Of a stretch of DNA of 30,675 bases, positions 1 through 8,873 are shown one piece after another. The DNA is taken from IMG/VR virus record IMGVR_UViG_2721755724_000001, one strand, 5' to 3'. The stretch's first letter is position 1. Each line of letters starts with the position of its first letter. Under the pieces are notes generated by a model. It was not told where the DNA came from, made no database searches, and was given only the letters and a program-made list of their open reading frames with translations. The DNA is from a virus (lineage: Duplodnaviria; Heunggongvirae; Uroviricota; Caudoviricetes). A program made the position numbers and the translations under genes.

Positions 1-19
1 CTATTTGATAAATATTAAA

Positions 20-1315
20 TTAATTTTTCATTGCTTCGTTATGGGGCATGGTTGGGGCAAACTCGCTTAACTGTGTATTTAACAAAGCTACCTGTGCATT
101 ATTGTTTTCAGACATCCATTTTCCGTATACCTGAAATACCATTTGCGCATCTGCATGGCCCATCTGGTTTGCTATAAATGCCGGGTTAGCACCAGCTGTC
201 AGCGACCAGCAGGCATAAGTATGTCTCGACTGATATGATTTTCGATGGCGGAGTCCGGCACGTTTTATCGCTGCGTCCCACATCTGCCTTATTGAGTCAA
301 CGGTAAAATGGTCACCATAATTTTTTACTCTCGCTGACACTTCAGGTTGAAAAACAAAGGTGCATTTTTGTTTTTCTGTTCTGCCATACTCTCTGAGGTG
401 AACATCAATGATATGCTCTTTGCTCAGTCTCGTTAATGTCATCTGGCTCCGGAGAGCGTCGATTGCTGGCTTAATAAGATGAATGACCCGATTGGTTCCC
501 GCCTGTGTTTTTGGTACCGTGAAACGGTCTTTTGCTAAATTTCTCCTGATCATCATTGTTCCATTTTTCAGATCTATGTCCTCCCATCCAAGTGCACACA
601 GCTCACCAGGGCGAACGCCAGTATAAACAGAAACACACCATAAATTTTTTGCTTGCTGATTTCTGCACGCATCGATAAGACGGATAAATTCCTCCCGCGA
701 AAGAGGATCCGGAATGGTTCTTGATTCCTTTAATGGCGAGATCCCCTTAAGCGGATTATCTGGCAGGTAACCGTTATCAACACCAAACTGGAACACGGCG
801 TTAAGATTTGTCATGTAATTATTTACAGTTACAGCCGATCGCCCTGGTTGTGTAACAATATAGTTACTTTTGGGGATCTGGTATCCAGTCAGTAGCTCTT
901 TACGAACCTCCAGTAATTTTTCTTTATTAATCGATGAGGCAAGATTTTTTTCACCGATTATGCTCAGGATATTTTTGATGACGGCACGGTATGTGTTGAG
1001 TGATGTTTTGGCGACTTCAGTTTCTTTCAGTGCCAGAAATTTTTCAGCCAGTTCTTTTATGGTTAAATCTTGTCGGGCCTCACCAAATTTTTCCAGATTG
1101 CGTGAGGAGGGAAACTGTTTTGCATAGTCGAAAACACCAGTTTTTATTGCGTAACAAACAGAGGAGCGTAGTTCACCTGCAACGCGCCTGTTTTTTGCTG
1201 TGTCAGGAACCCCCAGATTTTCCCTGACTCTTACGCCTTTATAAACAAACCAGATACGTAATTTCCCTCCATGGTTTTCCACGCCTGTCGGATATTTCAT
1301 TTCAACTTCTCTCAT
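20..1315 (-). CDS. int: Phage tyrosine integrase (site-specific recombinase)
   Basis: 431-aa ORF; C-terminal catalytic region with conserved R...H..R...Y-type motifs (HTYACWSL, GHADAQMVFQVYG); sits at the prophage edge next to an excisionase-like gene. Confidence 0.9.
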   Translation of the reverse strand: MREVEMKYPTGVENHGGKLRIWFVYKGVRVRENLGVPDTAKNRRVAGELRSSVCYAIKTGVFDYAKQFPSSRNLEKFGEARQDLTIKELAEKFLALKETEVAKTSLNTYRAVIKNILSIIGEKNLASSINKEKLLEVRKELLTGYQIPKSNYIVTQPGRSAVTVNNYMTNLNAVFQFGVDNGYLPDNPLKGISPLKESRTIPDPLSREEFIRLIDACRNQQAKNLWCVSVYTGVRPGELCALGWEDIDLKNGTMMIRRNLAKDRFTVPKTQAGTNRVIHLIKPAIDALRSQMTLTRLSKEHIIDVHLREYGRTEKQKCTFVFQPEVSARVKNYGDHFTVDSIRQMWDAAIKRAGLRHRKSYQSRHTYACWSLTAGANPAFIANQMGHADAQMVFQVYGKWMSENNNAQVALLNTQLSEFAPTMPHNEAMKN

Positions 1316-1334
1316 TAGTTAGTGTGGCTTTTAG

Positions 1335-1586
1335 TCAAGTAAGATGACGTCTTGGTCTCGCTGATGCCTGGCGCTCAATCCAGCGATCAATTTCTTCCAG
1401 GTTGTAAAAGCATGGACTGTTATCCCATGGCATACCGTCATGAGCGACATGCTTATATTCCCTTCCTTCCATAAACGATTTTTCCCGGGCCTTTTTTAAC
1501 GTACCTTTTTTTATTCCTTTCAGCGCAATTAACTGCTCTTCGGATACCCATTTGCCGGGAGAGACAATCATGATTACTTCGCTCAT
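1335..1586 (-). CDS. Excisionase-like small protein
   Basis: 83-aa ORF immediately upstream of int on the same strand; size, position and basic C-terminus fit prophage excisionase-like proteins. Start codon uncertain (a downstream Met is possible). Confidence 0.6.
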   Translation of the reverse strand: MSEVIMIVSPGKWVSEEQLIALKGIKKGTLKKAREKSFMEGREYKHVAHDGMPWDNSPCFYNLEEIDRWIERQASARPRRHLT

Positions 1587-1658
1587 CGATTTCTTTATCT
1601 CTTACATCAGACGAGCGCCGGTTGCAGAATACCAGTCACAACCGGCGACAGTTGAACA

Positions 1659-4130
1659 TTAAGAATCAGCCTGACTCGGGATCAGTTTTTGCCAGATAAC
1701 TGAAACGTATTTTGCCTGGTAACGGGCGTCATCAAGTGCATTATGGCGCTCACCTTCGAATGGAATAGCCGTTCTGGCATCGAAGTCTATGGCTTTCCCC
1801 AGCTCAACGATTGTGCGTACATCGCGATCGTTGTAGTAACGCCACGGGCAGGGGATCCCCTGCCGTTCGTATGAACGGCGCAAAATCGTGTTGTCGAAGT
1901 TGGCTCCATTTCCCCAAACCTGAACAAAAAATTCACCGGAGTTTTCGTCGATAAATTCCCGCAATTGTAACAGTGCATCATCTAACGGGATTTCATCGGT
2001 CATAATGGCAGATTGCGCTTCGCGTGATTGCTTAAGCCACCATTTAATGGTGTTCCGATCAATGACTCCGCCAGCAGTTTCCAGATCGATAGTCTTACTA
2101 AATTCCGGTCCCATATCTCCGGTTTGCGGATCGAAAAATATTGCACCTATTGAGATGATCGGGGCATCAGGATTTTTTCCCATGGTTTCAAGGTCGATCA
2201 TTAGATGGTCACACGTCCTGCTGGTGGATGTGATTTCGTGATGACCGTTCACCTTAATTGAGTGATCTGCCGTCTCGCCAGTTTCATTATCGCTATTGTG
2301 ATGCTGATTGCCGCCAGTGTTCTCCTTGTGTGGATGTTCAGCGCCTTCCATTTCCTCCGGATCATCTTCCTGAACTTCAACCTGATATTCTTCATCGAAT
2401 GTTTCTTGATATGTTGCGTCGCCCATCACCGCGCCACAATCAGGGCAGTTGCCGCCGCCGGTCTGACCGCAGGCGGTGCAGACTTTTTCCACTTCCTGTT
2501 GCGCCACTGGTTCAGGCTGTTTCGTTTCTGGCTCGTTTTGTAACGCATTTGTGCTGTTTTGTTCCGCTTTTTGGTAGTTCCGTTCCGATTCATGCTGGTT
2601 CTGGTTCACAGAATCGCGGGTCTGGATCCCCTTAACCCATTTCGGATCATTCGGGTCACTAATCCCTTCAACAAATTCACCACGTGATGCAGCAAGCAAC
2701 TTATCGGCGTCAGGCTGGCTGATATTGGCTGCCTGCATAATTTTGTTTACTTCGTCAGCGGTAACTTTTATCGGCTCTGGTTGTTCTGAATCTTCAGCGG
2801 TATCTACATTTTGCGGTAAGCCCGTGTATGTGCCATTTTTTCGGGCAAAATATTCTTCTTTTGTGATTTCAGTGGCGCCAGCAGCCAGTGCCTTATCCAG
2901 ACCAGAAAGTTTGTTTGCGCGACCGTATTTTTCTCCGTCCTTATCTGCGAAGAGGAAATAGAACGGCCCCTCACGCTCTACAGATGGTTCAGCTTCCGGC
3001 GCGGTTTCATTTTTTGGGATATCAGATACCTCAGTTTCCACTGCATCAGTTTGTGTTTCTGATGACTGGAGAACATCAACAGTGCCCAGGTCTGTTTCTT
3101 CATTCTCAAACACGCCCTTTGTCGTCAGGTATTCGCAGATATATTTGTTCAGTGCTATGGGATCTTTGTGAATGTCGATCGGACGCTCACGGACAAGGCC
3201 AAAAATAGTCTGGCGGTCGTAGCGAAGGGCATCAGGCTGTTTGCGCATTGATGCCGAGATACGCTTCCAGTCTTCGCGGTCGTTGTCGATAACTTCTTTT
3301 TTTGCCCAGCGATGGATGCTGCCGTCAATGTTTCCGGCATCCACATCACCAGGCCAGAGAGCGTAGGCCAGTTCGTCATCCAGTGTTTTCCATGTCTGCT
3401 TGTATTCGCGATGAATGGCAGCAATGACCGGGCTGATTTTTCCTGTTGAATTTTCAGTGTACTGTTGATTGGCTCTGGCGCGGGCGAGATCAACAACAGA
3501 CGTGTATTTTCCGGTTTCCTTGCGTTCACCTTCGCGACGTTTTTTCCAGATGCGCATCTCTGCCTGAATTTCGGGCCATTTAGCACCAGGAATACATTTA
3601 TGCTTAACCCACCCAATGGCGTGCAACTTAAGCTCCGGATACATGGCGTTAACTTCTGGCATTTTCATCAACGCTTCAACGATATGTCCGTCGAATGTTG
3701 CCATGTCTTCCTGCAACAATTCCTGTGCGCTAATAACCATATCAACGGTGATGTTTTCACATGTGTCGAACTTAACCATGACAGCGTTCTGTACTTCAGG
3801 GGCCAGCTTGTCAAAAGTGACGTTCATCGGATCGGATTCAGTCTCAACCGGGACAAAAGAAGCAGACTCCTCATCCCAGCGGTTTTCCTGCATATATTCA
3901 GCATCCCATGAATCGAGGGCAGGGCGGGGTATGCCAGGTTTATCCTCGCAGACAATAAATTTATAAGCGCAGTCCTGAGCAGCCGGATAATGTTCCAGGA
4001 ACTGCCAGTGAAATTTTGCTCGAGCACGGCGTTCGTCGCCAGCTTCAATGGCTGTGGCTACAGCCACAGCGCCTTCTTCCCTTGTTGCCAGTTCGTCAGG
4101 AATAGCGGCGCAAATAAAGACTTTACTCAT
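1659..4130 (-). CDS. Large prophage exonuclease of the size usually annotated exodeoxyribonuclease VIII, with a C-terminal DnaQ-like DEDDh 3'-5' exonuclease domain
   Basis: 823-aa ORF; C-terminal about 190 aa carry Exo I (IDLETMG), Exo II (VWGNGANFDNTIL) and Exo III (HNALDDARYQA) motifs; acidic low-complexity middle region with a CxxC..CxxC cluster. Confidence 0.7.
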   Translation of the reverse strand: MSKVFICAAIPDELATREEGAVAVATAIEAGDERRARAKFHWQFLEHYPAAQDCAYKFIVCEDKPGIPRPALDSWDAEYMQENRWDEESASFVPVETESDPMNVTFDKLAPEVQNAVMVKFDTCENITVDMVISAQELLQEDMATFDGHIVEALMKMPEVNAMYPELKLHAIGWVKHKCIPGAKWPEIQAEMRIWKKRREGERKETGKYTSVVDLARARANQQYTENSTGKISPVIAAIHREYKQTWKTLDDELAYALWPGDVDAGNIDGSIHRWAKKEVIDNDREDWKRISASMRKQPDALRYDRQTIFGLVRERPIDIHKDPIALNKYICEYLTTKGVFENEETDLGTVDVLQSSETQTDAVETEVSDIPKNETAPEAEPSVEREGPFYFLFADKDGEKYGRANKLSGLDKALAAGATEITKEEYFARKNGTYTGLPQNVDTAEDSEQPEPIKVTADEVNKIMQAANISQPDADKLLAASRGEFVEGISDPNDPKWVKGIQTRDSVNQNQHESERNYQKAEQNSTNALQNEPETKQPEPVAQQEVEKVCTACGQTGGGNCPDCGAVMGDATYQETFDEEYQVEVQEDDPEEMEGAEHPHKENTGGNQHHNSDNETGETADHSIKVNGHHEITSTSRTCDHLMIDLETMGKNPDAPIISIGAIFFDPQTGDMGPEFSKTIDLETAGGVIDRNTIKWWLKQSREAQSAIMTDEIPLDDALLQLREFIDENSGEFFVQVWGNGANFDNTILRRSYERQGIPCPWRYYNDRDVRTIVELGKAIDFDARTAIPFEGERHNALDDARYQAKYVSVIWQKLIPSQADS

Positions 4131-4223
4131 TTTGTTTTAACCTCATGACAGATTTAAGGATGAACAAATCCCTGCCATTGCTGGCATATAAGAATGAAAC
4201 CGGATATTTATTACGGAACTGTT

Positions 4224-4415
4224 TTAAAGACCTGCCGGGATTTCGATATTATCCTGGTGAATAACTTTATCGACCGGGTAACAGTTACCGGGAATTTTCT
4301 GTTCGGTTGCTGCAGTCATACACTCCTGCATTGTCCTGTGAACACTGACTGCAATATCAACTGGCTCTCCGGAAACAAGAAAAACTGTCAGAACAAGCGC
4401 AAATGCTGAATTCAT
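4224..4415 (-). CDS. ydfD: YdfD-like small lysis protein
   Basis: 63-aa product from the internal Met (MNSAFALVLTVFLVSGEP...), N-terminal hydrophobic segment; start overlaps the dicB stop as ATGA, as in the Qin dicB operon. Confidence 0.6.
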   Translation of the reverse strand: MNSAFALVLTVFLVSGEPVDIAVSVHRTMQECMTAATEQKIPGNCYPVDKVIHQDNIEIPAGL

Positions 4416-4600
4416 TGTGCACATCCTTTTGGCATCAGACGTAAACGAGCCAGCATTGAAACAATGCATATTTTATTTAATAGCTCCCGTTCTTGTTTTC
4501 TCTTGTTAATGGCATCTTCAGTAAATACAGGGTTACTGATAGTGACACCAATTTCAAAACAACCTTCAGACGTATTAACGTTTGGTAATAACGTTTTCAT
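4412..4600 (-). CDS. dicB: Cell division inhibitor DicB
   Basis: 62-aa product MKTLLPNVNTSEGCFEIGVTISNPVFTEDAINKRKQERELLNKICIVSMLARLRLMPKGCAQ matches DicB as I recall it; GAGGA Shine-Dalgarno 7 nt upstream; DicF lies immediately upstream. Confidence 0.8.
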   Translation of the reverse strand: MKTLLPNVNTSEGCFEIGVTISNPVFTEDAINKRKQERELLNKICIVSMLARLRLMPKGCAQ

Positions 4601-4770
4601 TATCGCGTCCTCAACAATGAATTTTGTGATGCAGTGCCTGGTGCCTCCAGGTGACGTTAACCAGTTAACAATTAACGCCGGATACAGAGAATCCACCCAT
4701 AACACTGTTTTTGGTTTTAACTGTTCCGCGTGCGCTTAGCCGCATTCACCGCATCACAAAATTCACTTTA

Positions 4771-4827
4771 AAAACGGCGGCAGAGCAGTCACGGAGTAAA
4801 ACTGATACCGCCAAACGTCACCAGAAA
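4771..4827 (-). ncRNA. dicF: DicF small RNA (ftsZ-targeting) with intrinsic terminator hairpin
   Basis: Minus-strand sequence UUUCUGGUGACGUUUGGCGGUAUCAGUUUUACUCCGUGACUGCUCUGCCGCC followed by GUUUUU matches DicF as recalled; GGCGG...CCGCC stem plus U-run. Confidence 0.85.
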
Positions 4828-4858
4828 ATTGATAACAGAGGGCGTTGCAGCGGGGTTG

Positions 4859-5089
4859 TCACTTAAGCGTATGGTCAACCTGACAACTCGGTGTCCTCAA
4901 CGGGGAAGGAATAACCCCGCCATACTTACCGCCGCGCCATTTCGCGGGTTGCCACAACCGGAAGCGCACGGTCGAATTAAATTTAACGACACCGTACAGT
5001 GAGACGAACTTCGCCGTGCGCTTTCGTGTTGTGTGCCTGCTTTTAACCACGTCAGGCGAGGTGGTATCCTTCTTATTCCGAATAACCAA
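4859..5089 (-). CDS. Small basic protein in the ydfC position of the dicB operon
   Basis: 76-aa ORF directly upstream of DicF on the same strand; only a TTG start is available; Arg/Lys-rich. Identity as YdfC is positional only. Confidence 0.4.
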   Translation of the reverse strand: MVIRNKKDTTSPDVVKSRHTTRKRTAKFVSLYGVVKFNSTVRFRLWQPAKWRGGKYGGVIPSPLRTPSCQVDHTLK

Positions 5090-5102
5090 GAAGGAAATCT
5101 AT

Positions 5103-5303
5103 ATGACTAAAGAAGAATTTGTCTCTTATATTTTTGATAAAACGGTTGAAATGTATGCCGCTACTTACGGGTCCTGTAATCCTCTGAATAAACCAGAGGG
5201 GAAAGATGATTTCGACAAAATTTACCGCTTCTTGGAGGACCGCTATATCAAAAGGTTAGAGGACGCAGGGATCAAATCCCCAGTGAAGTCACCATTGTCC
5301 TGA
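5103..5303 (+). CDS. Hypothetical small protein (66 aa)
   Basis: ATG preceded by AAGGAAA Shine-Dalgarno at good spacing; the opposite strand over this span contains no ATG, so Qin-type ydfA/ydfB are not encoded here. Confidence 0.4.
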   Translation: MTKEEFVSYIFDKTVEMYAATYGSCNPLNKPEGKDDFDKIYRFLEDRYIKRLEDAGIKSPVKSPLS

Positions 5304-5637
5304 GAACTTGCAGGACGTCATGATCGTAACTTCCATCCAAACCGCGACGGCAAATTGCTTCTCGTATTACCGGAAGCAGTTCGCTGGAAATCTCGGTGCA
5401 TATTTCACCTGCTAATACGCCTGGCTCAAGTGAGAATATTGGTGAACTTACGGTCTTGGTCTCGACAGTTTCAGAGTCAGTGCCAACATTATAAAGCTCA
5501 ACGAAAGCGGTCTTGATTTTCCGGGCCAGATCTTTTGCTGGCTCGCTTGCAATATCTTTCCCGATTTCTCGCAGCACAGAATGCAATGTATGAGCTGCTG
5601 TTTTCTGTACATCAGACGGTAAATCTTTAAATTCCAT
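5272..5637 (-). CDS. Hypothetical acidic protein (about 121 aa) in the position a DicA-type repressor would occupy
   Basis: Open frame MEFKDLPSDVQKTAAHTLHSVLREIG...; no recognisable helix-turn-helix by eye; start could also be the upstream ATG at 5649. Confidence 0.45.
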   Translation of the reverse strand: MEFKDLPSDVQKTAAHTLHSVLREIGKDIASEPAKDLARKIKTAFVELYNVGTDSETVETKTVSSPIFSLEPGVLAGEICTEISSELLPVIREAICRRGLDGSYDHDVLQVLRTMVTSLGI

Positions 5638-5849
5638 CGTCAGCCTCATCAGTCAGTGTTTCTGGCTAACCAGCAACGCGCGCCAGATTCGGTTTTAAAC
5701 GTTTTGCTTTTGGTATATGTCATCGCGGTGAACGTACCGTCCTGGTTGGGGAACACGCCACATACAGGAGGCATCTGGCGGCGAGCTTCTGTATGATCCC
5801 AAGGTTTATGACGAATATCGTAAGACGAAGCGGGCGGGGCGGTTGAACA
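5638..5849. promoter_or_regulatory. Divergent intergenic region, probable immunity/early promoter-operator region
   Basis: About 210 bp between divergently oriented genes; contains the palindrome AAACGTTT and the dicC remnant. No operator repeats confidently identified. Confidence 0.3.
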
Positions 5850-5866
5850 ATGAAAATCACTCCTGA
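5732..5866 (+). pseudogene. dicC: 3' remnant of Cro-like repressor gene dicC
   Basis: Frame encodes ...QEASGGELLYDPKVYDEYRKTKRAGRLNNENHS*, matching the C-terminus of DicC as recalled; the frame is closed by a stop at 5729 with no start codon, so only about 44 codons remain. Confidence 0.45.
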
Positions 5867-6371
5867 ACAGGCTCGTGAGGCTCTGGATGCCTGGATATGT
5901 CGACCAGGAATGACACAGGAGCAGGCGACGATATTAATCACTGAAGCATTCTGGGCTTTGAAAGAGCGCCCGAACATCGATGTTCAGCGTGTCACAGATG
6001 AAGGTGGCGCGGTTGATCAGCGAGCGCTTGGCGTTAATCGAGTGAAGATATTCGAACGCTGGAAGGCTATCGACACTAGGGATAAGCGTGAAAAGTTCAC
6101 GGCGCTAGTGCCTGCAATTATGGAGGCTATCCGGATTAATGATTTCAGGTTGTATCGTGAAATTAGTGACGGAAAAAGCATCACGTACATGATCGCCGGG
6201 TTAAACAAAGAATATGGCGATGTGGTGGAGTCCGGACTGCTTTTTGCTGATCCTGCCGTAGTGGATCGTGAAACTGACGAACTTATAGAAAAAGCAATTG
6301 CTTTCAAACTTGCGTATCGACAGCAATACCAACAAAAAGCTGGATGGAATTATGAGCCTTCTTTTTGCTGA
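5850..6371 (+). CDS. Hypothetical phage early protein (173 aa)
   Basis: ATG-initiated ORF downstream of the cro-like remnant and upstream of the replication initiator; family not recognised. Confidence 0.55.
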   Translation: MKITPEQAREALDAWICRPGMTQEQATILITEAFWALKERPNIDVQRVTDEGGAVDQRALGVNRVKIFERWKAIDTRDKREKFTALVPAIMEAIRINDFRLYREISDGKSITYMIAGLNKEYGDVVESGLLFADPAVVDRETDELIEKAIAFKLAYRQQYQQKAGWNYEPSFC

Positions 6372-7317
6372 ACGCCCACTGGTTATAAACACACAGCTTG
6401 CGATGAAGATTGGCTTAAATGAAGCCATTGTGTTGCAGCAGTTGCATTACTGGTTGAGAGATACCAATTCCGGCATGGAATGTGATGGTGTTCGCTGGAT
6501 TTACAACACAACGGAACAATGGCTGGAACAGTTCCCATTCTGGTCAGAGTCAACGTTAAAGCGCGCGTTTGCAAGTCTGAAAACGCTGGGGCTTTTGCGT
6601 TGTGAAAAGCTCAATAAATCAAAGCGCGATATGACCAATTTCTACACGATCAACTATGGGAACGAGCTTTTAGATGGTGGCAAATTGAACGAATCCATCG
6701 GTTCAAAATGCGCCGCTCCATCAGGTCAAAATGACACGATGGAAGAGGTCAAAATGAAACGCTCCATTGGTTCAAAACGACCCAATGTCATCGGGTCAAA
6801 ATGGCCTGATGATCTTACAGAGAATACAACAGAGATTACTACAGAGAATAAAAACACTTTTCGTCCGGAAGCTTCGCAACCGGACCCGCAGACCGCTGAA
6901 CAGGATTTTTTAATCCGGAACCCCGACGCGGTTGTGTTTAGTGCGAAAAAACGCCAGTGGGGTAGCAGGGAGGATTTGGCGTGTGCGCAGTGGATTTGGG
7001 GGCGGATCGTGAACCTTTACGAACAGGCTGCCAGCGACGATGGAGAGATCATGCGACCAAAAGAGCCTAACTGGACAGCCTGGGCCAATGACGTGCGCAC
7101 AATGCGGATGCTGGATGGCAGAAGCCACAGACAAATTTGCGAAATGTTTGGTCGGGTACAGCGAGATCCATTCTGGGTAAAAAACATCATGAGCCCGTCA
7201 AAACTCCGCGAAAAATGGGACGAACTGGTCATCCGCTTGGGACGTTCACCTGTACAGCGTTGTGTGAATCATATTTCTGAACCGGATACAGAAATTCCGC
7301 CTGGTTTCAGGGGATAA
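6352..7317 (+). CDS. Phage replication initiator / replisome organizer (O-like)
   Basis: N-terminal winged-helix-like region (ERPLVINTQLAMKIGLNEAIVLQQLHYWL...), a central linker encoded by an iteron array, and a C-terminal region resembling DnaT/replication protein C-termini; start taken as the ATG at 6352. Confidence 0.65.
   Translation: MSLLFAERPLVINTQLAMKIGLNEAIVLQQLHYWLRDTNSGMECDGVRWIYNTTEQWLEQFPFWSESTLKRAFASLKTLGLLRCEKLNKSKRDMTNFYTINYGNELLDGGKLNESIGSKCAAPSGQNDTMEEVKMKRSIGSKRPNVIGSKWPDDLTENTTEITTENKNTFRPEASQPDPQTAEQDFLIRNPDAVVFSAKKRQWGSREDLACAQWIWGRIVNLYEQAASDDGEIMRPKEPNWTAWANDVRTMRMLDGRSHRQICEMFGRVQRDPFWVKNIMSPSKLREKWDELVIRLGRSPVQRCVNHISEPDTEIPPGFRG
6695..6805 (+). repeat. Five direct iterons (core GGTCAAAATG-like) at 23-24 bp spacing, followed by an A-rich stretch: probable phage origin inside the initiator gene
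   Basis: TCAAAA cores at 6703, 6726, 6749, 6772 and 6796; A/T-rich ACAGAGAATACAACAGAGATTACTACAGAGAATAAAAACAC follows at 6810-6850. Confidence 0.6.
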
Positions 7318-7644
7318 GTGTTGATTTCAGGTCATGAGGTAATTTTAAGGAGGACTTGTGGCAAAAGTTTTTACACAGGAAGAGCGGGAAAAAATTAAAG
7401 AGCAGGTGGTCGAACTTGTGCGCCAGAGCGGTCGCGAGACATTACGACAGTTGGAAGCTAAAACAGGTGCGACAAGATATCTGATGAGCATTCTTGCCAG
7501 AGAGCTGGTTGCCAGTGGTTATGTATACAACTCCGGCTACGGGTTATTCCCGTCTGAACAGGCACGAAAGGACTGGCAAAATGCCCGCAAAAAACTCTCT
7601 AGGGCGAAGGTGAAGAAACCCGCTGTGGTTGATTGGATTTGCCC

Positions 7645-8550
7645 CTATATTTCCAGACATCTGTTATCACTTAACCCATTACAAGCCCGCTGCCGCAGAT
7701 ATTCCCGTGGCGAGCGATAACCCAGCGCACTATGCGGATGCCATTCGTTATAATGCTCGAACGCCTCTGCAAGGTTCTTTGCTGCCGTTAACCCGTCTGG
7801 TTTGGGCATGATACTGATGTAGTCACGCTTTATCGTTTTCACGAAGCTCTCTGCTATTCCGTTACTCTCCGGACTCCGCACCGCCGTGTTCTTCGGTTCA
7901 AGTCCCAACATCCGGGCGAACTGGCGTGTTTCATTAGCCCGGTAGCATGAACCATTATCCGTCAGCCACTCCACTGGAGACGACGGAAGATCGTTGCCGA
8001 AGCGGCGTTCCACCGCTCCCAGCATGACGTCCTGTACTGTTTCACTGTTGAAGCCGCCGGTAGTGACCGCCCAGTGCAGTGCCTCACGATCACAGCAGTC
8101 CAGCGCGAACGTGACACGCAGTCTCTCTCCGTTATCACAGCAGAACTCGAACCCGTCAGAGCACCATCGCTGATTGCTTTCTTTCACGGCCACTCTGCCT
8201 GTATGTGCCCGTTTCGATGGCGGTACAGCAGGTTTTCGCTCAAGCAACAGCGCATTCTGGCGCATGATCCGGTAAACACGTTTGGCATTGATCGCAGGCA
8301 TACCATCAAGTTCTGCCTGTCTGCGAAGCAGCGCCCATACCCGACGATAACCATACGTGGGCAGCTCTCCGATAACATGGTGTATACGGAGAAGCACATC
8401 CGTATCATCAGTGTGACGACTGCGGCGGCCATCCATCCAGTCATCGGTTCGTCTGAGAATGACGTGCAACTGCGCACGCGACACCCGGAGACAACGGCTG
8501 ACTAAGCTTACTCCCCATCCCCGGGCAATAAGGGCGCGTGCGCTATCCAC
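7645..8550 (-). CDS. insD: IS2 transposase OrfB (InsD), full length
   Basis: 301-aa ORF ending ...[37 protein letters not shown]; normally expressed as an InsCD frameshift fusion. Confidence 0.9.
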
Positions 8551-8873
8551 TTTTTTGCCCGTCCATATTCAACGGCTTCTTTGAGGAGTTCATTTTCCAT
8601 CGTTTTCTTGCCGAGCAGGCGCTGGAGTTCTTTAATCTGCTTCATGGCGGCAGCAAGTTCAGAGGCAGGAACAACCTGTTCTCCGGCGGCGACAGCAGTA
8701 AGACTTCCTTCCTGGTATTGCTTACGCCAGAGAAATAACTGGCTGGCTGCTACACCATGTTGCCGGGCAACGAGGGAGACCGTCATCCCCGGTTCAAAGC
8801 TCTGCTGAACAATTGCGATCTTTTCCTGTGTGGTACGCCGTCTGCGTTTCTCCGGCCCTAAGACATCAATCAT
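8508..8873 (-). CDS. insC: IS2 transposase OrfA (InsC)
   Basis: 121-aa product [26 protein letters not shown]... matches IS2 InsC. Confidence 0.9.

Noticed and set aside
2005-3966. Multiple 75-150 aa ORFs on both strands inside the large exonuclease gene
   Set aside because: Nested within or antisense to an 823-aa ORF with clear domain motifs; no independent start signals.
5720-5977. 85-aa minus-strand ORF
   Set aside because: Antisense to the dicC remnant and the start of the 173-aa gene; Arg/Cys/Pro-rich with no plausible ribosome-binding site.
6695-6805. Possible CRISPR-like repeat array
   Set aside because: Repeats are about 10 bp cores at 23-bp spacing inside a coding sequence, far shorter than CRISPR repeats, with no cas genes; interpreted as replication iterons.
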